Source: Convolutriloba macropyga | Lineage: Eukaryota | Direction of reading: 5' to 3' | Assembly: GCF_964194025.1 (NCBI RefSeq) | Contig: NC_134468.1 | Location: 71,052,001-71,116,000, forward strand | Length of the DNA stretch: 64,000 nucleotides | In this document: piece by piece, positions 39,441 to 53,670 of the stretch | Position numbering within the stretch: the stretch's first letter is position 1 | Layout: each line of letters opens with the position of its first letter | The notes under the pieces: model-generated | Databases searched by the model: none | What the model saw: the letters and a program-made list of their open reading frames with translations, nothing else | What the model was told of the DNA's origin: nothing | Program-made: the position numbers and the translations under genes

Positions 39441-40397
39441 TACCTGGGCCCTAGACCATGTAATTAAAATCTTTATGGATCTTTTCCGTTTGTGCCCCTC
39501 AGCTTATTGGGTACATATTATTTGCACCCCCAGACCCACCTACCATATTTTACATAATGAGTTTTTACTATCTAATGGCACGTGCTCTGAAACTGGGTAA
39601 CCAGAATGTACGGGGGGAATCAACGGGGGGAAAAATCCGTCTTTTTTTAAGACCCTTGACTTTATAGGTTTTTTCAAAAGCAATTACTTGACTGATTTCT
39701 GAAATAAGCAGAGTCCAAATAATAGTCATTGACGAGAGGGGACGCCGGTAGAGTCGATCAAGCGAATAGCAGAATGCTATAAACGGAAAATTGATGCCAA
39801 ATATTTCACGAGCTCTGATTGATCGATCTTGATCAAGCGCAACAAATGTCTATCCGTGGTCGAAACCTCTCCTTTTCATCTGAGGGTAGCTGCCATGAAC
39901 AGCATCACAGTCTACTTGACCAAACGCCAGGAGCACAAAATCGCGGAAATTTGCACTCGTTTGCAAGTAAAAACCACATGCTACGTTTATACATCTGTCA
40001 TTAATTACCCTTGTAAACTGCATTTACGTTCGCCACTGCATTTACGTTGGAAAAGATTAACAATTTCAGCAGCGCGAAAACGTAAGTGTAATTCACACAA
40101 TTAGAATGTGGAATTGGATTATGCATGCTTGCGTAAATATCCACAGCGATAAACTTTAATGTTAAAAGTAATGAGAAAATATTGCAAGCGTAGTTCAAAA
40201 ACTTGCAAGTGTTGTACACACACGCCCCACAAAAGAGTATCCTTTGAGCCGTGTACAACAATGTTATCCAGTAGACTGTAATGAGACCAAGTGTGGAGCC
40301 CTGCCCATCCACACACAACATAGACAAATTAGCGATCATAACTAATTAAAACATTTGTTGCGCTTAGTTCCGAGCCTATCTAATCGCGTGGCCCATC

Positions 40398-42978
40398 AAA
40401 TTTAAGCATTGGGCAGTAATTCGCATTTTTTTTCAATTGGCTCAACGGCTGTTCGGTTTTAAATCTGAGCATCATTGACAAAAATTGTATCACTGCCAGA
40501 AAGACAGTTAAATTAATTCTCAATAAACTGAAATTAACGAGAAGTTCATTTGCGGCACGTGGAAAAGGAAACTTTCAATGGTCGAAATTTAAATTTTAAA
40601 TGGGATCATCACTTCACTCTATATCAGTAACCGATGTGTTAGCTTCAGTTTTGCTATATAATGAGTAAAATACAGATAGTCTTTTACATGTGAATAGAAA
40701 ATAGCTTGACCTCAAACAGAAAATTACGTACAGTAAATGGCCTGCTAATAAGTACAGTGCACCAATAGGATTAGGTTGACCACATTTAATACTTTTAAAT
40801 TATGCCAATTGAGAATTCTTCTGACCGAGGGAACCTATAACATTACACTATAACACTAACGACATCATAGTCATAAAGTAACAGCTTGACAATAAGCTGG
40901 TCGTCAATTCAATGTCAAACAGATGTCATAGAGTGAGAAATAATTCTGAGAGTAACCGCTCAGATGAACTCAAATCGAGTAATCAGTACTAAAATTATGC
41001 AAACACTCTGTTTAAGATAGGAAGACATCTTATTTAGATACGTTAGATCCATAATATCAGTTAATTGATTTAAAAGCTGCAACGGCAATTCAAAGTTTTT
41101 CACAATCGTAAGTTCAATTTCAGACTAACAATATGCATTGTGCAGTAATTCGCAAAATTTAAGCATTGGGCAGTAATTCGCATTTTTTTTCAATTGGCTC
41201 AACGGCTGTTCGGTTTTAAATCTGAGCATCATTGACAAAAATCGTATCACTGCCAGAAAGACAGTTAAATTAATTCTCAATAAACTGAAATTAACGAGAA
41301 GTTCATTTGCGGCACGTGGAAAAGGAAACTTTCAATGGTCGAAATTTAAATTTTAAATGGGATCATCACTTCACTCTATATCAGTAACCGATGTGTTAGC
41401 TTCAGTTTTGCTATATAATGAGTAAAATACAGATAGTCTTTTACATGTGAATAGAAAATAGCTTGACCTCAAACAGAAAATTACGGAACAATTAATTTAG
41501 ACAAAAATAGCAAAATCGTATAACCAGAAAGCGGGAAAAAAGAGCTAATTCGGTGGAAAAAGAAACTTCTGTAGTTTATTGAGTAGCTAAAAATAAAATG
41601 AAAAAGTACAAAAACAAAGTTCGCAACATTTCCTCATTAGCATCAGAAGGCTCGCAGCAATAAGCAATACAAAAACTATTTTTTATGAAACAATTTTAAG
41701 ACACTGTTATTCTTCTGACTTAAGTTTTATTTGAGAAACCTTGATTTCCGGCAAAATAAATTTTTAGGCAACATCAATACTTTTTATTGTCTCAAGAATT
41801 ATACAGTTGGTCAAAAAAATTTTAAATATTAGCAACAATTTTCCTTGAAAAGAAATTACCGTTTTTGAGAAATTTTGTTAAAACACTGTTTCGCTGATCG
41901 TTTTTTCTAAATACAAGATTTTTTGCAATGATTGAAAATGTTTGTGAGCTATAATATCGCCCATGAAAACAGTAACTTGTAAGCGATTAAAATGAGCCAT
42001 TTATAATTGTTACAAGAGTATACAGCGATTTGGTGGGCGTAGCTATGAGGCAGTCACTTGATCAATAGCTTAATTTAAAAACAAATTTTCCAAAATTGTC
42101 AAGCTTTCGCAACGCACCAAGTTTCTCAATAGTGGAGAATTGTAGTTGAAAACAACTTTTAATTAAAATACTTCATACTTCATGCGAAATTATGAAATGA
42201 AGCACGATTATTGATAGGGGTTTGATTAATCGATCAATGGGGGCTGACCGAAAAATACCTCGAGCATAAAGTTCACAGTTCAGCCCATCACTACCCCCTC
42301 ACCAACTCGTCCGTCTAAAGAGGGTCGAAGGAAGACAGGAAATATGATTGCAGATATATGCTTAGCCAATTGATACGGGGTAAAATTCCTCCACCCAACT
42401 TGTGCGCAAAAACAAACAATTATCTCCACCAACTAAAAAGCGACTGGGGAAGTTCAGACAAGCAGGCCACCACTATCAGCAAACAGAAACGTTCTACTAT
42501 TACCTATGTATCAGTTATAAGATTAACCAGCTCAGCTACAAATGATTGATCGATCGAAGAAGTGCTTAAGTAAATGGCCTGCTAATAAGTACAGTGCACC
42601 AATAGGATTAGGTTGACCACATTTAATACTTTTAAATTATGCCAATTGAGAATTCTTCTGACCGAGGGAACCTATAACATTACACTATAACACTAACGAC
42701 ATCATAGTCATAAAGTAACAGCTTGACAATAAGCTGGTCGTCAATTCAATGTCAAACAGATGTGATAGAGTGAGAAATAATTCTGAGAGTAACCGCTCAG
42801 ATGAACTCAAATCGAGTAATCAGTACTAAAATTATGCAAACACTCTGTTTAAGATAGGAAGACATCTTATTTAGATACGTTAGATCCATAATATCAGTTA
42901 ATTGATTTAAAAGCTGCAACGGCAATTCAAAGTTTTTCACAATCGTAAGTTCAATTTCAGACTAACAATATGCATTGT
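40398..42978. repeat. Interleaved duplication A-B-A'-X-B'
   Basis: A 40398-40728 = A' 41155-41485 (331 bp). B 40732-41141 = B' 42569-42978 (410 bp). About one substitution seen in each pair. Confidence 0.95.
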
Positions 42979-43091
42979 TGCCAAGTGTTTTCAAGTTTCC
43001 TTAAATCTTCATTTCTTCTACGTTCGTAGCTATCAATATGCAAAATGTTAAAAAAAAGATAACAATTTTAGAAAAGAAACCTAAACCTGAC

Positions 43092-43362
43092 CTCCTCCCA
43101 TTGAGACGCATATTTCAGCAGCCGCGTTATGCGCAGCAACTTCAGAAGTGTCAAAAACTTGGCCAGTTTCAACATCCGGAGACCTTTGAGTCCCTGGGCG
43201 ACAGCCGCGTTGCCGCCTCCTCCCCCACTGCCCCCGTTAGACTGGGTCTCATTGCCATCCTCTGAGTCCGAGTCCTCTATCATCCAGTTGACGAGGGTGA
43301 TGATGTGATCGAAGGGCACTGAGCTGCAGAAGTCCATCAAGAACCAAGTCTTCAGATAATTC
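43092..43362 (-). CDS. HCN: HCN-like channel exon: S3, S3-S4 loop, S4
   Basis: (K)NYLKTWFLMDFCSSVPFDHI...KGLRMLKLAKFLTLLKLLRITRLLKYASQWEE; ttcag / GTCAGG; 271 nt, phase 2-0. Confidence 0.97.
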
Positions 43363-43639
43363 CTGAACAAAAAATGTACCCACAGATTTACGGATAGCAT
43401 TCGAGTCTTAAACCATGCCATGCTTCTTAGAATATTTATATTTTTCTCCGCAAACCTAAATAAGATTTTTTTTTCATCTAATAAGTATTATCGCAAATTA
43501 CAGCTGTGATTGAGAAAATTCCCAAAATTTCAAAATTTTTGCAATATACACCCGATTTCAAAGAAGGTTTGAAAGTTTTGCACAAGCTATTAAGCGGATG
43601 CCTGAAAAATAATAGAGAAAAAAAAATATGATGAGTTGA

Positions 43640-45430
43640 TTTGAAAAAGTTTGCATCGTCTCGCAAAACTATTTTGTGGGAAACAGCTATCGTGTTGTTA
43701 GTCAACAAGTTGGCGTCATAATAACTGCGAATTAAAAACACTTAGCAAAGAGTTAAAAATCAAGCAGAACTTTTGAGAAGATTTTTCTCTGTTGGCGCCA
43801 CTTCAAATCAGCTACAAAACCATCAGACAGAAAGAAATAGCCTTTGAAACTGAAAAAACTTGAAATTCGTCAAAATTGAAAATTTTTACAAGTTGGGAGC
43901 GAAATTTTGTACACCCCCCCCCCCAATTTTTGGAAGGGGAAACCTGAGCAACCCAAGGTTATGGCACATGGTTAGGGTTACCTATAAGCTACTCATGGAC
44001 CCAAAGAACGTTATTGCATCAGACCCACAAGTGTGGCTATTAGCACTTATATGGTGCACAAATTGGCATTTTTCGATATTTTGTCATTTATTGTTAAATT
44101 TCTTAAGTTGTTTATTTTACGACGTTGTTTATTAAGTTGTTTATTTCTTAAGTTTGTTTATGATACTTTAGGTCTTCATTAAAAGTCAAATATCGTACAT
44201 TCGAGGCATTCAGAGCCACGTAATAAATATCCGTGCTGATGTCAACAAAAGTAAATATTGCAGTAATTTGACATTTACTATGTATACAAGGACCTAAATC
44301 ACTTTCTTGATTAACCAATCAGGAACAAGTAGCAGTGATGTTATAAAAGATAAATATTTGATTATTTACTTTAACCCAATTGCTTGATTAATAAAACCGA
44401 ATTGTAATTAGAACCATTAGAAACTGTTACCAAGAGCAGTTGGCTCTCACATTAGACCAAAATTTGAATTTTAAACAACTTTAGTCTTTCTTGTTAAGTT
44501 TTGCTAGATCTTAAGATCTTGCCATTTCTAGGTTAGTTGAGCTTACTTGACAAAAATTTAGCAACATTACTAACACTGGCTGAAACCTAACAAATTTCGG
44601 CATGAGGTTGAACATAGATTATCACCAAGGATTTTCTTAACTTCAGTCAACCGAATTAAAGCTACAGTCCTTTAATAAGTCCGAGCGACTAATTGTTTCG
44701 ACGAGATTGTTAGTCAATCGAACCCTGTGGAGAACCAGGACGGCCTATAACTCGAGAACCAGGCTGTGATATATCGGTTCCGCTGAGTTTCTTGATTAGC
44801 CGCAACATTCTCCATTTAGTTTAATAGTTAGTTGTTAAAAGTTGTAAAATTGAAAATATTCTATACGTGTCCCACGTTCAATTCAATTTTAGCGGTCAAA
44901 AATTGACTTCAGTTGCAATTGAAACAAAAAAATGTTTAAAATCTTAATTAATCGAAACTTACAACGCCAGATCATTTTAGGACGTTAATTTGAAAGAGGT
45001 CTCTGATGTCCTAATTTTTAAAAGCTTGCATCGACTCGCAAAACTATTTTGTGGGAAACAGCTATCGTGCTGTTAGTGAGAAAATTGGCGACATAATGTC
45101 TGCGAATCTGATACCCTACTTTTGAAAAATTTGCATTGTCTCGCAAAACTATTTCGTGGGAGACAGCTATCGTGTTGTCAGTCAGAAAACTGGCGTCATA
45201 ATGACTTTGAATCAACAACACTTAGCAGAGAGCTAAAAATTGAGCAGATTTTTTAAGAAGACATTTCTTCATTTAAGTTAATATTTATTTGTTAAAAGTT
45301 GTAACACTGAAGAAAAAAACGCTTAATCCCACGTTCAATACAGTTTTAGAGGCCAACAATTGAATTCAATTGCCATTGAACCAAAAAAGTGTTCAAAAAT
45401 CTTGATCTATCGAAACTCACAACGTCAAAG
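43640..45430. repeat. Cluster of local diverged repeats
   Basis: CTCGCAAAACTATTT.GTGGGA.ACAGCTATCGTG at ~43660, 45035 and 45140. Also 44830-44970 resembles 45288-45428. Confidence 0.8.
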
Positions 45431-45438
45431 CCATTTTT

Positions 45439-48213
45439 TGTTCCCAACCCCAATTTAGTCGGTAGCAGGAACTATATAATCAACTGAGTTTTTTTGTTCT
45501 GTCAATTTTGGCCGATCGATAAATTCATCGTACAGAATTGTGAGTGGCATCATTGAAATGCACGTCCTAGAATATGGAATTAAAAAGATTTTTTCGTTTT
45601 TCATTTTTTTACAGGGAGTTATCCATTATTAAAATTTTGTGAACATTCAACTGTTTTTGTTCACATTTTCAGTAATTTTGCTAAAATTTGGCACAATTTT
45701 GGTAATATATTTTAAAATAAATTTAAATTTTTAACAGCAGAGTGTTATTGTTACCGTTAGAGATAAAAGAGCGTTGCTGGTTTGCTTTTATTAAGTTTTA
45801 TTGGCTAAAACTTTTCGATAAAATTTTCAAAAACATGCTCAAAAACTTGCACAAAATATGTTTTTTGGTCAACTTTGCTAAAGTTGACCAGACGTAGTGA
45901 CCTAAAAACTTCAACATAAAATTCCTAGCCTCCAAAATAGCGCTAGTTGAATTCAGGCCCCTATAAAAGTCTTCTGGACCGTTTTTTGCACTTTTAACTC
46001 GATAATTATACAAAATGCATCGCTGTTTTTTTTCATATTTGAATAATTTCACTTAACACTTTATCTAATTCTCAAACACTTGGATTAGTTGGGCGGTTTG
46101 TTGGGCATGCGGCAAAATTGGTGAATGGGGTTGATATTATCATGTATTCCTAGATTCAGAAACTTTCCATTTTTATTTTAGTGCTGCCTTCTTCAAAAAT
46201 TTTGCTTTTGTTCTTTTAATGTTAATTATTGACAAAAATTTTTTACCAAGGCTCCATTAAAGACAACTCCCACTTAACAAAACATGAGGCTGAATGTTGA
46301 CAGAGTCTGTTTTCAGAGAACCATAGGGTTTTATTGGCTTTGAGGAATGTATTCGTTTCAAGGAAATTTCAGTGATTTTTTTGAACATGTCAATTTCTTA
46401 AATTATTTTAGTCAATTTTTGCGTATTCTCAGTAAAAACAGGTCAAACTTTCTTCCCTATAGAATAAAATCTAATTTTTGGGCGGATTGTTTTAACGGAA
46501 GGCTTTCTTGCTTTTGGTACTACGCGTTTTCATACAAATTTAAGATTTTTGCGGATAATTGCCCATTTTTGCTGTTGGTTTTGTTTCTTTGGTAAATTGC
46601 CACAAAAGATAACAGTCTAACTGAAAAAAACTTTGCAAAATTTGGAAATGAAAACTGTTTTCTTTTCATTTCATATGGTTTTAACGGTTGCGACACCATT
46701 CTCTTGCAGTATTTGGTAGTTTTTTTTTTTATTTTTGCCCTCTGTTTGTTGTTAATTTTTGTTGTCGTTTGCCAAGTATTTGGTGATGAGAGGTCTCAGT
46801 GGCCAACTATAGATAAATCATTGAACTTAATGGCTGATATCGGTAAATAGCTAATGGTTTTACTGACTTCGAAATTAAATTCCTAAAAAAAGAGCAATAG
46901 TATTCTTCAACTTATCCCTTTTTGTTCAGATTCGGGTTTATTTTCGTATGCGGTCAATTTGTGGCAGTTGTTTTACAAAAAGACTTTTTGATGATCGAAC
47001 GGGACGCAACTGATGATTTTAAGTTCTCCTGGATAACTTTTCAATAAATTTAATGGTTTCAACAATTTGGTTTTGTAAAGTTATGTGTGAATTTTTTTAG
47101 TTCAGCTTGTACTTAATGTTATTTTGTAGTCCTATGATTTAGTCTCACTAATAACAGGCGCAATTAGTTTTCCAGTTAATTGCAAGAAAAACTGTCTACT
47201 CTTTTAGTCGAAAGTGTTTGTTGTCTATGAATTTTGAAATAATTTGTTTTTAAAAAAAAGAAACTAGATTTTTGAGAATTGCCAATCTTATTTCTGTTAA
47301 CTTGTTAATTTGTAGCTTAGCATCTGTAATGACGGTTCACATCATTTATCTATTGAAATACAATTTGCTCTTCATAACGGTTTTATTTTCCTCAATTGGT
47401 CTTTTTGCTTGGTACAACCAGTTTTCATAAAGTATTCGTGATTTCTGCATTTTCGCCCCCATTTTGTAGGTTTTTGTTTTCTTTTCACAGTATTTCATTA
47501 ATGGGCGTCATTTGATTCACAATTTTTTTTTCATTTTAAAAAAACGCAACCGAAGATTTGCAATGTTTTTAAATGAACAGCTTAATGTTAATTGGCTCGG
47601 ACATCGTTTTCGTGCAAATTTTCCCTTTTTGCCTGTTTTCGTCGTTCCTTTCGCAGTCGTATGACAAATCCTGGATAGTGAAAGGTCTCAATCGCACTCT
47701 GGTTACGAAGGTATAAAAGAATCTCTAAATGATTTCATTTGATTCATAATGTTTCTAATCAGTTCGAAATTTTTTTCTTTTCAAAAAACCAATGTTTTAT
47801 TAAATTTTGCCTTTTTGCTCATTTCTTGTCGACTTGTCAAGTCGCATTCAGGATAAGTGTTCAATATTTTGTCTAATAAAAAACAGGTTAAGTTTCTTAG
47901 TATAAGTTTCATCTGATGCCATCTTGATTTGGTTATTAATGATTTTCAAAAAATGGACAACGAGTTTTGGTTGTAATTAATATTTGAAACTATTTGATTT
48001 TAATCGCCGTCTTTTCTGGGAGTCATATTATGGTAGTCACAGGTCTCATAGGCCCTCTAAGGTCGATTGTTTTATTCATTTATTAGTTTGTTGAACGACA
48101 TGTTGCCGTGTTAGTTTTTTTTATCTCTTCCTCATTTGGTAGACAATTAAGTGAAAATGTAGTTGAGCGAGGTCGGAACTTAATGTGCGAACGCACATTA
48201 CCAAGCCTCCTTG
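45439..48213 (+). mobile_element. Helentron-like (HINE) element, copy 2
   Basis: T-run plus TGTTCCCAACCC; core GTCAATTTTGGCCGATCGAT; 3' GGTCGGAAC, perfect hairpin TAATGTGCG-AA-CGCACATTA (48181-48200), then TCCTTG|TT. Confidence 0.78.
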
Positions 48214-51200
48214 TTAGAATTTTAATTTCAAAGAAGTCACTGATGTTCTACTTCTAAAAAAAGACGGGCACGGAATATTAAAACGGTGTACAAAACTTAG
48301 AACATTTAGCTAAATCGTCCAAAAACAAATTTTGGATTTATTTTTACTGTTATAGCCAAGATCTTTAGCGGTGAGCTGGTCACCGCTACTTTAATGGTGA
48401 TCTAAAATAGCAGAATCGTACATTACACTTCTGGTCAAAGAATCAAGGGCCGCATTGTTGTATACACAAAGTATTGAATTCATTATGTACATGTGCTATG
48501 GTTAACTGACATTTGTTTTCAATCATCCGCATTGTTACGAAAGCAAAGTGAAAACTTCTTTCATTACCTTTTGATTAACATCAACAGAAAATTTGCCTGA
48601 AAAGGGCAAAAAATCAAAATTGTTAATATTTTTAATATTAAATTGCCTTGTCAAGGCGTGATACGATAGTTAAGAGCAATCAGGAAATAATTAGGATGTC
48701 AAGCATCGGGGGGTTAAGGTTTCAAAAACTTTCCGTTGTATGCTGATACCTATATCTATACGGTGAGAAAAATGTGCCATGGCCATTACGTTTCGAAAAA
48801 TTTGCGCAAAATTGAACAGGAAAAAAATCAACAGCAATTGATAATATGTGTTAAACAATTGGCCAATTTTAGGGCATCGATTAGTTTGAAAAGTTTGCGG
48901 TTTAACCAACAGGCTGAATTAAACAAATTTATAAAAGCTAAAATTCGAAAATTTTCAATTTTTTTTCTTTTTCTCACAGACGAGCAATTTTTTTTCTTTT
49001 TCTCACAGACGAGAACGAGCAACCAACGTTTTGGCGCATAAAATGATTTCAAACTAATTTTCTTTAAAAATGCGAAGGCTAGATGAACATAAGAGAATTT
49101 GAAATCTGTTATTTTGTTTCTTAGGGGCTACCCATGCATGACTTGACCGCAAAATAGGTCCTCCTAGCTTTGGAAATGAGCGAAGTTAGAGAACAAATAA
49201 ATAAAAAAAACACCAAGTTGCCAATAAAGGTTGCACTCAATTTGGATAATCGGCCATCGTTGGAGAACAATGTTTGTTCCTTCAGAACTAGTGGTTGTTA
49301 AAATTTTCATCTCTTCATTTTGTAGTACATCCAACAACTCGGTTTTCGGAGACTTTGCCATCATTAAGAAAGACAAGCCTTAGTTGGTTTTTGTGACAAA
49401 GTATGTAGGTCCATTGTTTGAAAAGGAATAAATTTCAACAAGTTTTGAAGTATATTTGGCATTTTTTGCACAATCAGACCCAAAGTTTAGTGCGCTCAAA
49501 TATTTATAGACAATCATATCATCAGATCATATATTTGATACTTAATGAAAAAAAGTAGAGATAGATATCAATTGAAAATTCTTATCAATGAGAGTTGTTG
49601 ATGCCCGACAAAAAATAATTGCTTTAGACTCTTTGCAGTAACATACTTAATTGGATAAACCGCACCTCGAAATTAAACACTTTATAGCTTTTACTATTAA
49701 TAGTCGTATTAAGTGGGACTCGAGCCAGGGATTCAATTCTTTGATCAACATGTCTAATACTACGCAATCTTTTTCTGAATAGCATTACCAATACTTGGTT
49801 GAAATTGTGTAAATTTTATCATCAATGTTATAATTTTATAAATATGCTAAAAGTTGTAACATACGTGTTAACCCAAATTACAATAGAAGTTTTATCACAT
49901 TCGATAAATATAAATAATCATATTCTAGTAGAAGGTAACAGAAAATGCGTGTATATCTCCACCTTCATTTCCCACAAATGTCCTTTTTTGTTATAATGAC
50001 CGGAAATAACCACTTCATCAAATTAAATTCCTTTAAGAGTAGAAACCGTTCCGTCTTTCGCACGCAGAAGTGATGAAATTACACAATACAAATCTACATT
50101 TAGTAAATTCCTTTGTGGAATAGCGATCAATACCCGCACTTGGAGATTAAAGCAAAGTCAACCCTAATCAACTACAACACCATATAAGACCCCTTTGAGA
50201 TTATTAAGCTATTGTAGCTTTTTCACACCATTTTTGTTGTACCAGGACATAATGAAAGTGTTTCCTCCCCTCAAACACACTTTAATTCAAACCTCTTTTA
50301 AGCTTGCGTCACTAATTCGGTTATAAACAATGAAAGCTGGTCACTGTTTGTGTTTCAGCTTAGATCTCTTCAGCTTTCAAGGGCTATGTTGTTTGGAAAG
50401 CTATTCATGACTAAATAAAAAAGCATTGCTTTCCAATTAACAAACAACCTTGTCTAGATTTGGGTTTTTAAAGAGAGGAAATCAATTTGGCCGATTTGAA
50501 TTAGCCCTTTTTTGTACTTATCTCAAAGAACCTCATTTGGGTAATCCCCCCTCTACTAACCTTTCAAACCCCTACCCAAGTTCTCGAGGGTTGTCATTGA
50601 TACCTTCCGCGACCTCAACCAGCCACCCATTACCCCCTGCATGACAACTTTCACTACTCCCATTTAACATTCACTGCCCCCCCCCCCATACACACACATA
50701 CATACACAAAATATACGTTCCATACTGCCAATTCTTAGAGCAATTGAGTTTCAGTGCAGACACCATATTCCTTTTTTTTCAACAAGAGTGTTTAAATCGC
50801 ACAAATTGCAAGAAGCTGTCATTTTTCATAGTTGGTATTTTTTAAAATTACTAAAATTTTAATACCAAACTTCATGTACATCTTTTTTTTAATATAATAA
50901 TAAGGGCGTGGCAAACTAGTGCGCCATTCTGTAGTTTTTGTTTAGGATAACATTTAACAGTAACGGATTTTAAAACGGTATCCAAATGAATTTTACTCAA
51001 AAATTTCGACGATAAAGACCGCATTTGCCAGCTAAATATAATTCCTATGACGTATGCAAAGTTTACAGCAGCATCACAAAGGAATCCAGTTATTGCGTTT
51101 TATAAATTTAGAAAACCACAAATAACCGACTGCTGAACAATAGAAACGTTTCTTAGCCTTCAATTTTTTGTCGCATCGGGTTAGTAAATAAACAGTAGTC

Positions 51201-51386
51201 TATTAAGCAGTAATTTACAAGCATATTGGATTTTTAAAGGCCGCGAAACGGAAAAGAGCAAAATCCTGGTCGGCGACCAGATGACGTTTCTGTCTTCATC
51301 AAAATTCTTTCTACGTTTGCTCATTTTCAAGGCTAGGAGGAGCAGAATTCTTGTGGTCAAGACAAAGCAGTGGATAGCAAAGTAAA

Positions 51387-53670
51387 CAAGGACACCCGTA
51401 ATGTGCGTTCGCCAATAATGTTCTGACCGCGCTCATGCACATTCTTGACTTAATTGGCTACAAAAAGAAGAAGAGACAGCAAATTTTCAAAAACATACAA
51501 TTCGTTCAACAAAACACTAATGGAATAAAAAATGCCACTTTAGAGGGCCGATGAAACTTGTTGTTAATAGGACTCCTAGCAGAGATAATAAAAAAAAACA
51601 AATAAACAACATTGATCACAACCAAAGCTCGATCTCTATTTTTTTTAAAAAAAATAATAAAATCAACCTCGCATCAGATAGAATCTAATCATACTAAATC
51701 ATTCTAAACTTCATTAGAAAAGACATGTGACCTGTCTTCAATGCGACAGAGTAACAGGTCGACTAAAAAGAGCAAAAAGGGGCAAAGTTCAAAAATACGT
51801 ATCCATTTTTGGGAACAATTAACTTCAATGTGATTATTATCATTAGATATTAACTCAAATCACTAAAATGTTCATTTATATCTCCATAGGAAGCAATTGA
51901 GACCTATCATTATTCTGTTTCCGTAGCACGACTACAAAAAGAAAGTCAAAGACAGCAAAACTGAAAAGTTCAAAAATTGCGCAAAAAAGGCAGTGAAGCC
52001 GTTAAAACCATATATTTGTCACTCAGAAAAATAAAATGTTCAATTAAGCAATTTTTCAATGCCACTGCGACCTACTATTAAAGTTATAATTGAAAAAGAA
52101 AACAAAAATCCTATAAAATGTACAAATGAAAAAAATCACAAATATTTTATGAAATCTCGTAGTAACGAAGCCGAGAAATAAATGGTTGTAACTGAAACCG
52201 TTAAAAAGGTTAAATTATAGCTCACTGGAAACGGGTTGTTACCTGTCATCACAGAGAGTTAACTAAATATCGACTAAATGATTAAGAAATTGTTGAAGCT
52301 AATGAATCCAAATATGTTTTTGAGAACAAATATTTTCAAATTTTATATAAAACATAATAAATCAACTAAAGAGGATTAACTTGCAACACCTCAGGAAATC
52401 ATTTGCGTCAGTTTTCAATGAGTCTATGTCACAAGGCAAAATAAAAAAAAATACAGGCAGAAGCAGAAACTTCAAACAATTTTACGACATCAGAGTGTTG
52501 AAGGCACAATAATTATAAATTGTTATCCGTAAGAACTGTAAATCATCGCCTGCTTCTCGTCTGAACATCACCGGGTCTTCATAAAAGACAACGTATAATT
52601 GAAAAAACCCAAAAATTGAACAGCACCGAAAACTCGAAAAATTCTTACGAAATTAAATCTTTGAAGCCACCACTCAAAACAAGCCACCAGTCAAAAATAT
52701 AAGCAACAAAGAAATAGAATTTTGAACAAAGGCAGTCGTGACTTCTTATTTATAAAGTTGAGTAACAAAGTGACAAAAACGAGGGCAAAAAACAGTTGAA
52801 CAACCTTAACTTTTTCAAAAAGTTCAATTAAAAGTCATTAAAACAATTAGCAATAAACTGAAATAGGTTCAATTATAGGCCGGAGGGAAGCAATTGAGAC
52901 CTAGCATTATCAGGTGTATGTTGTACAACATCAAACAGAAAGAAACACAGGAAAAAACAAAAATCAACTAAAATTAGCGAGAGAACTGTGTCTCAGCCCA
53001 TAAAGCAAAAACTACTAACCGAAAACAATTAAAATACTCAGCTGCGGCTTTTTTCAATGCTGTGCATTCTTGCAACACTTCAATCGTTCGATCGGACCCG
53101 TTAATAATATGATTTTTTGAAAAGGAAACAAAATGAACCTATGAAATCTGCATTTTTTGAACAGTTGGTATCAAAACCAGGAAAAAATTAGTTAAATAAA
53201 AGGTTAAAAACATTAATTCACAGAAAAGACCCGAATTTTCATTTCCTCCAAATCTGCTTCTAATTTCTTTTTTAACTTATGCCAATTTGCTTGAGAGATT
53301 GATTTCAGCTACTTTAGTCAGAGTTTTAATGCGTGTTTAAAACTTAAATCTGACAAACTGCAAGTCATTCCTCGAAAAAAAAATACACTCAAAAAAGTCA
53401 AATCAGTCCGACAAAAAAGTTACAGACCGACAGCATATTAACATCTCAAATATAAGAAGAATCGGAAAATAAGAAGAAAGAAAAATTAGATTTCCGGTCT
53501 GAGGTGCCAGCAAACCATTTTTTAAGTTCATTGACCCTTTCAAAGTATCGTTTGCACGATCACAATTTCTACAATAAATCATATTTGATCAAAAATTGAA
53601 ACTTTTTTTTCTGTTATCGCGTGTCTTTAGTCACAGTTTTCAGACCGAAGAATTGATTGGATCAGTACTG
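51387..53670 (-). mobile_element. Helentron-like (HINE) element, copy 3
   Basis: Minus-strand 3' end GGTCAGAACA..GCGAACGCACATTAC..TCCTTG|TT. The 5' end is degenerate and its coordinate approximate. Confidence 0.7.
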
